Origin: a virus
Virus record (IMG/VR): IMGVR_UViG_3300005836_000010
Length of the DNA: 59,357 bases
Reading direction: 5' to 3' (one strand)
Below the pieces are notes generated by a model, which did not search any database, was not told the DNA's origin, and was given only the letters and a program-made list of their open reading frames with translations. Shown in pieces: positions 1-8,676 of the stretch. Numbering within the stretch: position 1 is the first letter of the stretch; each line of letters starts with the position of its first letter. The translations under genes were made by a program, and so were the position numbers.

Positions 1-120
1 AGCTCGACGCGATGGTGGCCGATGGGCTGATCAAGCCCGAGCTTCGCGATGCGCTCAACCGCAAGTACAAGAACTACGTGCCGCTGAAGAGCCTCGAAGA
101 CGAGGACGCGCACCTGGGCA
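1..120. repeat. Terminal overlap copy 1 (identical to 59238-59357); circular closure of a 59,237-bp genome
   Basis: Read directly: agctcgacgcgatggtggcc...gcgcacctgggca is present at both window ends; both copies lie in the same open frame. Confidence 0.95.
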
Positions 121-2144
121 TCGGGCAAGGCTACTCGATGCGGCCCACCGACATCAAGGAAGCGCTCGGCCGGCGCAGCCGCTCGAGCAGCCCGATCGCC
201 GCCAGCATGATGGACGCCGCGCGCGGCATCGTGCGCGGTGAGAAGGCGCGCGTCGATCAGTCGGTGTGGGAGTACGCGCAGAACAAAGACGCGCACGACT
301 TCGTCAAGCCGTACGACGAGAACAAGCCGCCACCCGAAGTGATGAAGAACATCAAGGGATCGGACGGCAAGGTAAAGTCGGTGGTCGACCCGAACAAGGT
401 GCGCGACTACACGCTGGATCTCATCGTCGATGGTGAGCCCAAGAAGGTCTTCATCCCTGATCAGCTGCTGCGCGATCAACTGAAGAAGATCGCGCAGACC
501 AATGACGTCGGTCCCTGGTTGGCGAAGATCGGCAAAGTCACCGGCACGGTTGGCCGGATGCTGACCGAGTTCAACCCGGCGTTCGTCGTGCCCAATGCTG
601 CGAAGGACGCGATCACCGCGGGTCTGCGCGCGAAGGCGCACGGGATCTCGCCAGCCAAACTGCTGGCCGACATTCCAGTGGCGTGGGGTGAGATCACCAA
701 CTACAAACTGGGTCGCAACACGCCGGGAGCGAAGGCCTACGAGGAGTTCCTGACCGCGGGCGGCAAGACGGGCGCCTACGGCGTGACCGACCTGAGCGAG
801 ACGCTGAAGAAGCTCGAGCACATGGGCGCCGACATCAGCGACACGAAGCACGCGTCGGGTGTCGTGGCGCGCAAGACCAAGCAGGCTTTCGGTGCGGCCG
901 CGCACCTCATCTCGAACATGAACGAGGTGATGGAGTACGCCACCCGCTTCGCTGCGTTCAAGCAAGCCCGAGCCACAGGCCAATCCGTCAAAGAGTCGGC
1001 GCGCATCGCGAAAGAGATCACGGTCAACTTCAACCGCTCGGGCGAGGAGAGCCGCAAGCTCAACGCCGTGCTGGTGTTCGCCAATGCCGCGCTCCAGGGC
1101 GCGCGCAACACCGTCGTCTACATGAAGCATCCGGCTGTGGTGAAGGGCATGCTCGGTCTGACAGCGCTCGGTGCGGCCGCACAGGCGTGGAACGAGAACA
1201 TGGGCGGCATGGACGAGGACACTGGCGAGTTGAACGCCAACACCCAGAGTGATGTCGTCGCCGACAAGAACCTGTCGCTGATGATGCCGAACTCGCGCAG
1301 CGGGCTCAAGATCCCGATGCCGCCCGAGTACGCATTCCCGTTCACGCTCGGACGTCGGCTGTATCGGTTGTTCTCTCAGGGCAACGTAGGCCGCGAGGCT
1401 ACCGGCATCGTTGGCGCTGCGCTCGATGCTGCACTCCCTGTGCGCCTGCCCGAGATCGGGCCACAAGGTGCGACGCTCTCGTCGCTCAAGGCTGTGGTGC
1501 CCACACCGGTGGCCCCGCTCGCAGATCTGTTGACCAACACGAACTACTTCGGTCAACCGATCGTGCCGGATCGGCATGACACGACGAGCCCTGCGCCGTA
1601 CTTCCGCTCGAGCCGGCGCACGACGTCGGAGTTCGCCAAGGACTTCTCCGAAGCGTTGAACACGGCGACCGGCGGCGACAAGATCAAGCCGGGTGGTTCC
1701 GAAAAGTATCTCGGTCCCATCGTGTCTCCCGAGGGCATGGAGTACCTCGTGGGCTACTACACCGGTGGCGTCGGCCAGATCGCGATGCAGTCGAAGAACC
1801 TCGTGAACGCTGCCACCAAAGGGGAAGACCTCGACATCAACAAGGTGCCGATCGCCAACCGCTTCGCGTTCCAAGAAGCGAAGAGCTACACGAGCCGCCG
1901 GTACCAGGAACTCAAACCTGAGTTCGAATACGCAATCGATTACGAGAAGAACGACCAATCGGCTAAGGTGGACCCGAAGGTCATGCGCGCGCTCGATGCC
2001 TACAAGGACTCTGAGCACGAGCTTCGCGGCCTGTTCAAGCAACTGAAGGGCGCCGAAGGCAACGAGCGCACGCAGGTAGAATCCGACATCAAACGCGCGC
2101 AATCCCGAGTCATTCGCGCCTACAACGGGCAACCGTCGCAGTGA
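1..2144 (+). CDS. C-terminal part of the ~1816-aa giant virion (polyvalent/ejection-type) protein; continues from 55931..59357 across the junction
   Basis: Track ORF 12..2144 is open back to base 1. The frame is continuous with the 55931 frame: (59249-55931) is divisible by 3, and 59249 corresponds to base 12. Confidence 0.85.
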   Translation, partial: LDAMVADGLIKPELRDALNRKYKNYVPLKSLEDEDAHLGIGQGYSMRPTDIKEALGRRSRSSSPIAASMMDAARGIVRGEKARVDQSVWEYAQNKDAHDFVKPYDENKPPPEVMKNIKGSDGKVKSVVDPNKVRDYTLDLIVDGEPKKVFIPDQLLRDQLKKIAQTNDVGPWLAKIGKVTGTVGRMLTEFNPAFVVPNAAKDAITAGLRAKAHGISPAKLLADIPVAWGEITNYKLGRNTPGAKAYEEFLTAGGKTGAYGVTDLSETLKKLEHMGADISDTKHASGVVARKTKQAFGAAAHLISNMNEVMEYATRFAAFKQARATGQSVKESARIAKEITVNFNRSGEESRKLNAVLVFANAALQGARNTVVYMKHPAVVKGMLGLTALGAAAQAWNENMGGMDEDTGELNANTQSDVVADKNLSLMMPNSRSGLKIPMPPEYAFPFTLGRRLYRLFSQGNVGREATGIVGAALDAALPVRLPEIGPQGATLSSLKAVVPTPVAPLADLLTNTNYFGQPIVPDRHDTTSPAPYFRSSRRTTSEFAKDFSEALNTATGGDKIKPGGSEKYLGPIVSPEGMEYLVGYYTGGVGQIAMQSKNLVNAATKGEDLDINKVPIANRFAFQEAKSYTSRRYQELKPEFEYAIDYEKNDQSAKVDPKVMRALDAYKDSEHELRGLFKQLKGAEGNERTQVESDIKRAQSRVIRAYNGQPSQ

Positions 2145-2151
2145 GAGGTCC

Positions 2152-2469
2152 ATGGCAACGGCGAAGAGGAGTCCTCGGGTGGTGCGTGAAAAGTCTGGCT
2201 TTGAACGCCATGCACAGACAGTGCTCGGCGTTGTAGTCGCAGCCGGGATCATTTGGCTTGGCAACTCAAACGTCGACCTGGGCAAAGAGTTGGCCAAGGC
2301 GACAGTTTCCATTTCGCAGCTACGCGAGGACATGCGTTCGATGCAAGATCAGATCGTGCGTGCGAACGCCGATCGCGTCACGACGAACGACTTCAACCGT
2401 GAAGTGCAGCGCCTCAACGAACGTATGGCGCGCATCGAAGCGCACAGTGAATCGAAAGGGCGCCCGTGA
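2152..2469 (+). CDS. Membrane-anchored coiled-coil protein, unknown function
   Basis: 105 aa; hydrophobic helix VLGVVVAAGIIWL followed by a heptad-like charged region; 7 nt after the giant gene's stop. Confidence 0.6.
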   Translation: MATAKRSPRVVREKSGFERHAQTVLGVVVAAGIIWLGNSNVDLGKELAKATVSISQLREDMRSMQDQIVRANADRVTTNDFNREVQRLNERMARIEAHSESKGRP

Positions 2470-2750
2470 AAGAAGGTCTTAAGCGGATCCTCGAGGCTCT
2501 GTCGCCCACCGATTGGAAACGTGGGATTGCGATGATCATCTTGTGGGCATACGCCTACCAGTTGCTTATCTGGCCACTTTGGTTCAACATCGTCACGTTC
2601 ATCAATGCGGTTCACGGAACCTCTCTGCCCGCTCCGATCATCGTGCCGTGGGAACAGCTGATGGCTGGCACCACAACGCTTGCGACCATCGGCGGCATCC
2701 AGGCATGGCGTGACGGGAACGCAACTCCTGACGGAGCACCACCTCAATGA
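2466..2750 (+). CDS. Small multi-pass membrane protein (holin-like candidate)
   Basis: 94 aa, GTG start overlapping the upstream stop (GTGA); hydrophobic segments GIAMIILWAYAYQLLIWPLWF and TTTLATIGGIQAW. Confidence 0.55.
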   Translation: MKEGLKRILEALSPTDWKRGIAMIILWAYAYQLLIWPLWFNIVTFINAVHGTSLPAPIIVPWEQLMAGTTTLATIGGIQAWRDGNATPDGAPPQ

Positions 2751-3472
2751 AACGGCTACTCGTCCTAGCGCTTCTGCTCATCGCGCCGCTGGCGCACGCA
2801 TTCGACTGTCTACCCAAGACGGTCATCACCCCGAACGCCAGTGGCACGGTGCTGCGCTACGCGCAGGCCGACACAGGCATCTGGGTCAACTGGTGGTGTC
2901 CAGTTCCGCCGACGGGCACGCAGGATCCCACGAAGACGTGGTGGCGGCAGCAAGCCTGGGCTGCGCTGACGAAGTACCAAGCTGCAAACCCGAACCCGAT
3001 CAGCGCATTGACAACGATCGCGTCCGCCGCGGATCCTGTCGGTGCATTGACCGCAGCCGACAAAGCCAGCGCCGTGGTGCCGGCTGCTGGATCGGTGGAC
3101 GAGTACAACTACAAGACGCTGCTGTGGTCGGCCTGTCAGGCCCTAATCACTGCGCCGGTGGACCTTCCGAATCCGGATCCTATTTCTCCGACATATTGTG
3201 GCACGCAACCTGTGCAGCCGCCACCCGGTACCACCGACACTGTGTACATCGTATCGACCAACGGTTCATTGCCTACGCGGCAAGCTTTCGCTGCAACGCA
3301 GAACGCAGACGGTAGTTGGGCGCGCTCGATCACGAGCACAGGCAACGCAACAGTTGGCTCGACCTGTGACTGCCAAGCCATTCAGATCTTGCAGTTTGGC
3401 GCGAGGTTCTGTAAGGTCGCTGTTCCTGGCGCCACGACTCCGATGGTTGCCGGGTGTGCAGCCAAGAAGTGA
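2747..3472 (+). CDS. Secreted Cys/Trp/Pro-rich protein with Sec signal peptide, unknown function
   Basis: N-terminus MKRLLVLALLLIAPLAHA|F is a classic signal peptide; ATGA overlap with the upstream gene. Confidence 0.65.
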   Translation: MKRLLVLALLLIAPLAHAFDCLPKTVITPNASGTVLRYAQADTGIWVNWWCPVPPTGTQDPTKTWWRQQAWAALTKYQAANPNPISALTTIASAADPVGALTAADKASAVVPAAGSVDEYNYKTLLWSACQALITAPVDLPNPDPISPTYCGTQPVQPPPGTTDTVYIVSTNGSLPTRQAFAATQNADGSWARSITSTGNATVGSTCDCQAIQILQFGARFCKVAVPGATTPMVAGCAAKK

Positions 3473-3475
3473 GAG

Positions 3476-3820
3476 ATGACGATCACGGTCAACATCAGTG
3501 TCACCGGTCCGGTCTACGTCCAGCAACTCTCGGACGCTGATCGAGACTTCATTCGGGTGAGCCTTCAGGCTATCATGGATGGCCAAACCAACGTTCTGAA
3601 AGGACAAGTGAAAATGAGTGCTGAACTGGACAAACTGGAAGCGGACGTCGCCGCCGAAGCGACCGTCGTCGACAGTGCGATCGCGCTACTGCAGGGCCTG
3701 AAGGCTGCGCTCGACGCCGCCGGCACGGACCCGGCGAAGCTCGCTGCGCTGTCGGCTTCGATCGAAGAGAAGACCGCAGCGCTGGCCAGCGCTGTAACGA
3801 CCAACACGCCAGCCGCCTGA
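3476..3820 (+). CDS. Hypothetical Ala-rich coiled-coil protein
   Basis: 114-aa ORF 3 nt after the previous stop; followed by a strong terminator. Confidence 0.55.
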   Translation: MTITVNISVTGPVYVQQLSDADRDFIRVSLQAIMDGQTNVLKGQVKMSAELDKLEADVAAEATVVDSAIALLQGLKAALDAAGTDPAKLAALSASIEEKTAALASAVTTNTPAA

Positions 3821-3851
3821 CCGAGTACCATCGGTCTAGCAGTTGAACACG

Positions 3852-3875
3852 GGGTGGCCAACGGCCACCCTTTTT
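3852..3875 (+). terminator. Rho-independent terminator closing the structural operon
   Basis: gggtggcc-aac-ggccaccc (8-bp GC stem) followed by ttttt. Confidence 0.8.
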
Positions 3876-3889
3876 CGTTGGGGAACCCA

Positions 3890-4504
3890 GTGCTGACCTT
3901 GACCCAGTTGATCGCGTGCGAAGTGAACCCATCCATCGCGCGCACGTTCGTCGATCCGCTCAACGCGACCTTCGATCGCTTCGAGATCACGACGGCACGC
4001 CGCATGGCAATGTTCCTGGCAGAGGGTGGTTTCGAGTCGGTCCACTTCACGCACCTCGAGGAGAACCTGTACTACAGCACTCCGATGCGGATTGCCCAGG
4101 TCTTCGGGTCGAAGTTCACCGGGTTAGCCGACGCAGCGCGATTCACCAAGAACCCACAGGGGTTGGCCAACAAGGTCTACGCCAACAAGAACGGGAACGG
4201 CGATGAGGCCAGCGACGACGGTTGGAACTACCGCGGCCGCGGGGTGTTCCAGCTGACCGGCAGAGCCAACTACAAGGCTGCTGAAGATGCGCTTGGAGTG
4301 GCGTACACTTCGACCCCAGAACTGGTGATCGAGCCCGAGCACGCATGCCTGACCGCAGGTTGGTACTGGACGTCGCTGAGACTCAACACGGCGGCGGACC
4401 AGGGTGATGTCGACTGGGCTACTCGATCGATCAATGGACGCGCGATGCTCGGGAAAGAAGAGCGCCGACTCGCGTACAGCAGCTACCTCACCGCTCTAAC
4501 CTGA
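3890..4504 (+). CDS. Glycoside hydrolase family 19 (chitinase-like) endolysin
   Basis: GH19 signature NYRGRGVFQLTGRANY. I moved the start to GTG 3890 (RBS ggggaa upstream) because the track start 3854 lies inside the terminator stem. Confidence 0.85.
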   Translation: MLTLTQLIACEVNPSIARTFVDPLNATFDRFEITTARRMAMFLAEGGFESVHFTHLEENLYYSTPMRIAQVFGSKFTGLADAARFTKNPQGLANKVYANKNGNGDEASDDGWNYRGRGVFQLTGRANYKAAEDALGVAYTSTPELVIEPEHACLTAGWYWTSLRLNTAADQGDVDWATRSINGRAMLGKEERRLAYSSYLTALT

Positions 4505-4513
4505 AAGGCAATC

Positions 4514-4783
4514 ATGGACACCCTTCTCTCCTTCCTGAACCTGAACGTCATCGGATCCCTCGGGATCGGTGGCGCCGTCGGCTTTGCCATCCGTGGCCTG
4601 CTCGACGCGCGCAAGGCCAACGAGGACCAGATCCTCATCAAGGTGGCCAGCGAAGCCCTGTCCAAGCTGGCGAAGAATCGCAAGCCGAACCAAGACCAAC
4701 TCGACGCCGCAGCCGCAGCCGCAGCCGCTGAAGAAGCGCAGATCAAGGCCCTGCAAGCGAAGGCCGCGTCGCTGCTGTCATGA
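4514..4783 (+). CDS. Single-TMD protein, holin/antiholin candidate
   Basis: 89 aa; N-terminal TMD VIGSLGIGGAVGFAI, charged C-terminus with an Ala8 run; sits between endolysin and spanins; ATGA overlap with the next gene. Confidence 0.5.
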   Translation: MDTLLSFLNLNVIGSLGIGGAVGFAIRGLLDARKANEDQILIKVASEALSKLAKNRKPNQDQLDAAAAAAAAEEAQIKALQAKAASLLS

Positions 4784-5232
4784 CGCTCGAGATCCGGTTG
4801 ATCCTGATCGCAGTCCTCGCAGTGGGGCTGCTGGCTGGGTTCAACCGTTTCATCGCCAGCGAGCGCGCAGCCGGTGCAGCCGAGTGCCGCGCAGCCCAGG
4901 CGAAGGTCGATGCGGCTGCAGCCGACCGCCACGAGAAAGCAGCACAGGAGATCACACGTGAGTCAGCAAAGATGGAAGCGAAGCGTGTGGACGATGCTCA
5001 GTCCCTCGCTGTTGCTGGTAGCAGGCTGCGCGACCGATATGCCGCAGCCATCCAGCCAAGCAGCAATCCCGCCTCTGCCGCAGTCGGCGCGCCAGCACCC
5101 GCGGCCCCCGTACTGTCAACCGACATGTTCGGAGCAGCTGAAGAAAGACTTCGATTCCTGGCTGCAGAAGCAGACCGCAGCCGAGACGAAGGAACCGACT
5201 GCGAGCGGCGTTACGACTCGCTGAAGGAGTGA
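4780..5232 (+). CDS. Inner-membrane spanin subunit (Rz-like i-spanin)
   Basis: 150 aa; N-terminal TMD LILIAVLAVGLLAGF, then a long Ala/Glu/Arg-rich periplasmic helix; contains an embedded lipoprotein ORF. Confidence 0.8.
   Translation: MTLEIRLILIAVLAVGLLAGFNRFIASERAAGAAECRAAQAKVDAAAADRHEKAAQEITRESAKMEAKRVDDAQSLAVAGSRLRDRYAAAIQPSSNPASAAVGAPAPAAPVLSTDMFGAAEERLRFLAAEADRSRDEGTDCERRYDSLKE
4994..5224 (+). CDS. Outer-membrane spanin subunit (Rz1-like o-spanin), embedded in the +1 frame of the i-spanin gene
   Basis: Internal ATG 4994 of track ORF 4874..5224 gives MLSPSLLLVAGC..., with a lipobox (LVAG|C) and a Pro-rich mature part; 76 aa. Confidence 0.8.
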   Translation: MLSPSLLLVAGCATDMPQPSSQAAIPPLPQSARQHPRPPYCQPTCSEQLKKDFDSWLQKQTAAETKEPTASGVTTR

Positions 5233-5235
5233 ATC

Positions 5236-5418
5236 ATGGCATCAGGAAAGAACTGGATCGAAGGCCTGAAGAAGGGTGGCTTGCACAAGAGCCTGGGCGA
5301 GCCCGCCGGCAAGACCATCCCGAAGTCGAAGATCAAGGCCGCGGACAGCAAGCCGGGCAAGGTCGGCAGGCAAGCCCGCGCTGCTGAGACCCTGGCCAAG
5401 CTCAGACCGAAAAAGTAG
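5236..5418 (+). CDS. Small basic protein, unknown function
   Basis: 60 aa, Lys-rich; 3 nt after the spanin stop; its 3' end overlaps the convergent gene 5402..6130 by 17 nt. Confidence 0.5.
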   Translation: MASGKNWIEGLKKGGLHKSLGEPAGKTIPKSKIKAADSKPGKVGRQARAAETLAKLRPKK

Positions 5419-6130
5419 GCACGCCAGCCCGGCGCGCTGCGTCGAGCCAGACGTCATCGTGGGGCGCACCGCGCCAGCCTGGGAGCCATGGGCCACCCAG
5501 CGTGAAGTGCGCGATGCCGCGCCCCGCGTTTTCCAGCGCGCATTCCTGCTCACCGACGAGCCAGTTCCATCGGGCATCGAGCCTGCCGATCTCGTTGTCG
5601 TTGAGCCAGTAGAACCCATGCAGGTCGCGGCCAGGGCGCTCGTTGATGTCGCGCAGTGACAGCCGCCAGTTGGCTGGGTGCAGGCAGTCGAAGAGCATGA
5701 CGCTGGACCAGTTCTTGCGTCGATAGGTGGTCTGCTTCTGGTTGACCATCTTGTACTCACTGCTCGGTCGGTACTCGAGGTGCTGCACCACGTACACCGC
5801 GGCCCCAGGTTCGATCTCGTCGAGCATTCGTCGTGGGTCCTCTAGGAACACCACATCGCAGTCGGTGAAGAGCGCCCAGCGCTCCTGGCACAGCAATGGC
5901 ACCAGGAACCGGCTCACAGCGAACTCAGTTGACTTGGGCGCGTTGCTGACTAGGTCGTAGGCTTGCCCACCCCGCTTGTCGGTCACGCGCGTCAGTAGGC
6001 CCTGCGCCATGAGCTTGGACGCCATGATCAACTCAGATGACGTGGGCCACGCGACTATTCGATTCAGCGAGTCTTGAGCGACCATCGTGGCCGCATGCTC
6101 GTTGTGGTCGTACCCGATATAGATCTTCAC
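5402..6130 (-). CDS. GT-A fold glycosyltransferase, GT8-like (DXD)
   Basis: GTG 6130 start overlaps the upstream stop (GTGA); KIYIGYD...SRFLVPLL...ALFTDCDVVFLED layout resembles GT8/LgtC-type enzymes. Confidence 0.7.
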   Translation of the reverse strand: MKIYIGYDHNEHAATMVAQDSLNRIVAWPTSSELIMASKLMAQGLLTRVTDKRGGQAYDLVSNAPKSTEFAVSRFLVPLLCQERWALFTDCDVVFLEDPRRMLDEIEPGAAVYVVQHLEYRPSSEYKMVNQKQTTYRRKNWSSVMLFDCLHPANWRLSLRDINERPGRDLHGFYWLNDNEIGRLDARWNWLVGEQECALENAGRGIAHFTLGGPWLPGWRGAPHDDVWLDAARRAGVPTFSV

Positions 6131-6897
6131 CGTGCACCTTTCCAATACGCCTCTTCCCGGCGAAACTTCATGTCGATCCGGCGCGAGCGACCCATCCGCT
6201 TGCGCTCGTTTCCCTTTAGGTGATCCATCACCGAGCCGAGCGGACCATTGACGAATGGGTGACCGGTGTAGTGGAAGGCGCCTGACAGCGACGTCCACGG
6301 TACGTGCATGCGATCGACAGCTGCAGCGAGGGCATGGCAATCGGTCCAGTGATCCAGCTGGAAGAGCATGTCCTGGGTGTAAAGAGTCTCCCACGCTGCG
6401 AGCAGCCCAGGCGTCGATGGGTGGTTCATCTTGAGCATGAAGAACCCGGTCTCCGGGTACTTGTGGGAACGCCACAGCCACGCCAGCGCAGCGTTCTTGT
6501 CAAGCCACAACCGATCAAGGAACTCCTCGGTGACCGGTGAGTGCGTGATGACGTCAGCATCGATCCAAATCAACACATCGGCGGTGGTTCGCCGCGCTGC
6601 GTCGATGAACGCGGCGACCTTGTGGCTGAACCGCACCGCATCGAACAGCATGTTGTAGGGCTTGCCGTGGTCGATGCCTCTGCGCTTCGGGGTATCACCA
6701 TTGCGCGCTTTGAACTCCGTCAACCACTTCGGCAACTCACGTGCCTCGCTCGTCTGGAGATCGGGTTTGAACCCATCGTTGTACAGCACGAGCGGAATGC
6801 TGGCAGGCCAGAAGCGCTTGAACGTGAGAACCATCTTGCGACCATAGATCGCCCAACCCGTACCGTGGCAGGTGGTCACCACTTGGTGTGTCGTCAT
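6127..6897 (-). CDS. Putative nucleotide-sugar glycosyltransferase (DXD-type)
   Basis: Internal ATG 6897 overlaps the upstream stop (ATGA); motif VLIWIDADVI; 256 aa. Confidence 0.5.
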   Translation of the reverse strand: MTTHQVVTTCHGTGWAIYGRKMVLTFKRFWPASIPLVLYNDGFKPDLQTSEARELPKWLTEFKARNGDTPKRRGIDHGKPYNMLFDAVRFSHKVAAFIDAARRTTADVLIWIDADVITHSPVTEEFLDRLWLDKNAALAWLWRSHKYPETGFFMLKMNHPSTPGLLAAWETLYTQDMLFQLDHWTDCHALAAAVDRMHVPWTSLSGAFHYTGHPFVNGPLGSVMDHLKGNERKRMGRSRRIDMKFRREEAYWKGAR

Positions 6898-7583
6898 TGG
6901 GGAACCATCACGTAGTCGCCAGCCAGTATGTCGGCTACACGATAGCCGAGACTTTTTAGATATTCCACGCCACCCTGCGGCTTGAGACCGAACTTGCACG
7001 CCATGTCGCGCTTCTGCTCGATCACGATCGTCGGACGCCACCGCCGGATGGTTTGTTCAGCACCACGTGCGATCAACTCTTCGTAGCCCTCAGCGTCGAG
7101 CTTGATCAGATCGACGTCGCTGAACTCGAAGCTGTCGATCGTGCGACGCTCGACATTGGCGTCGGCGAACTCAGCCACGTGACCGGCAATATTGCGCCGG
7201 TCCTTCGCTTCGCTCAGGTAGCTGTCACCTGAAGCGTACAGGTTGCTGAGCATCGAAACGAAACCCGGCTCGTTACCGAGCGCCATTGAGTACAGACGAA
7301 CTCGCTCGTCCATCTCGACATTGCGCATCCAGCATTCGCGCAGTCGACCGACAGGTTCGAAGCACTCCACGTAATCGAAGCGATCCTGCAGATGGGTCGT
7401 CCACAGACCGATGTGCGAGCCCTGCTCGACGCAGCGCCGGAAGCTACTGCAGTTACGCAGCGTCGCTTCGATCTTCGGGTACTGGTAGGTGCCCTTGCCG
7501 TTGACGAAGTGAGCGTTCCTCGACATCCAGTCGATGAGTTCCTGCTCGGTGTCGGGCATCCAGATGCCCTGAAAATCCTTCAT
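6894..7583 (-). CDS. FkbM-family methyltransferase
   Basis: 229 aa; C-terminal VDLIKLDAEGYEELI...G is the typical FkbM motif region; ATGA overlap upstream. Confidence 0.7.
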   Translation of the reverse strand: MKDFQGIWMPDTEQELIDWMSRNAHFVNGKGTYQYPKIEATLRNCSSFRRCVEQGSHIGLWTTHLQDRFDYVECFEPVGRLRECWMRNVEMDERVRLYSMALGNEPGFVSMLSNLYASGDSYLSEAKDRRNIAGHVAEFADANVERRTIDSFEFSDVDLIKLDAEGYEELIARGAEQTIRRWRPTIVIEQKRDMACKFGLKPQGGVEYLKSLGYRVADILAGDYVMVPQ

Positions 7584-8104
7584 GGTGTCTCCACGAGAAA
7601 GAAGGGTGTCTCCAGCCCCATGCTGGAGCGCACCTCAGCGAACTTTTTTTCCCACCAAAGCACGGGGTGCAACGTGACGTGCAGGTTCACATCGCTGTCG
7701 GTGAAATTTTTCTTGGCAGGCCGGCTGCACACCGAAGCCCACACGGCTTTGCCGGCGAACATGAACAGTTCGCCGATGACGTCATCCACTTGGTCTTCGG
7801 GGATGTGCTCGAGCACATCACTGCACACGACCAGATCGAACTTCCCGTGCGGCCGCTCGTCGTGCGTCGGGAACGCCGGATCGTAAAGTCTGATATGCCA
7901 CCACTGCAGACCCCACGCACGGTGGATGCGGTGCGGCGCACGGTACTGATCACCTCGACCGCAGCCATAGTCGAGCACGCGCTGGACAGCGAACTTCTTG
8001 ATCAACTGCTTGATCTCGTCCACGTGCTTGAGGATGGCGAATCCAGGGAAGTGAATCCCCTCGGCAGCCATGGACACATACAGAGGGATCAGAGATTCAG
8101 TCAT
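7580..8104 (-). CDS. Class I SAM-dependent methyltransferase
   Basis: Motif I VLDYGCGRGD and DLVVCSDVLEHIP; ATG 8104 overlaps the upstream stop (ATGA). Confidence 0.75.
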   Translation of the reverse strand: MTESLIPLYVSMAAEGIHFPGFAILKHVDEIKQLIKKFAVQRVLDYGCGRGDQYRAPHRIHRAWGLQWWHIRLYDPAFPTHDERPHGKFDLVVCSDVLEHIPEDQVDDVIGELFMFAGKAVWASVCSRPAKKNFTDSDVNLHVTLHPVLWWEKKFAEVRSSMGLETPFFLVETP

Positions 8105-8676
8105 GGCGTGACTCTCCTGTAGTACCCAACCCACTCATCTTTGTACGCGGTCTCTGTGTGGTAAAGCTCGAATCCAACGCGCCCCATGGCAACGCCGATC
8201 TTGTGCTTACGCATATTGGAGCGCATGTCGAGGACGATGGGCAGAAGCTTGTCACATTGTGCTTGCGGTGGAAGCTTGATCACCACGTAAGTGGCGCAGG
8301 CAGCGAAGCGACGACACGAGGTGGTGGGATCACTCAGCTTGTGCAAGAAGGACAACATCGCGACGATGTCGTAGTTGCGTTTCGGCTCCCACACGTTGCC
8401 GTCGCCCACCTCGAAAGTGATCGGAAGGTCGCCTCGCAAAACGTTAGCGACCTCGACAGCCTGTGGTCTGATCTCGACACCGTGCACTGCGACGGCACCT
8501 GCTTTCGCCATCTCCACAGCTATAAGCCCCTCAGCACACCCCAAGTCAAGAACGGTCTTGCCCTTCACTAACGCCATGAGAGAGGTGAGCCCAGTCATCT
8601 GCTGATCGAGTGTGCGATCACCGGGCCGCGCTTCGTCTACGTGGTGCCAATGCTTGTGCGGTTTAGCCACGCCCAT
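8101..8676 (-). CDS. Class I SAM-dependent methyltransferase
   Basis: Motif I VLDLGCAEGLIAVEMA and acidic loop HGVEI; start uncertain (ATG 8676 or 8598). Confidence 0.7.
   Translation of the reverse strand: MGVAKPHKHWHHVDEARPGDRTLDQQMTGLTSLMALVKGKTVLDLGCAEGLIAVEMAKAGAVAVHGVEIRPQAVEVANVLRGDLPITFEVGDGNVWEPKRNYDIVAMLSFLHKLSDPTTSCRRFAACATYVVIKLPPQAQCDKLLPIVLDMRSNMRKHKIGVAMGRVGFELYHTETAYKDEWVGYYRRVTP

Noticed and set aside
3854-3889. The track's ATG 3854 as the endolysin start
   Set aside because: It falls inside the 8-bp GC stem of the terminator at 3852-3870. The in-frame GTG 3890 has an RBS and removes a non-conserved N-terminal extension.
5402-5418. The 17-nt convergent overlap of gene ends without a hairpin, as a special regulatory feature
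   Set aside because: No palindrome or U-run could be found. It is probably just tight packing of convergent operons, and nothing further is supported by the sequence.
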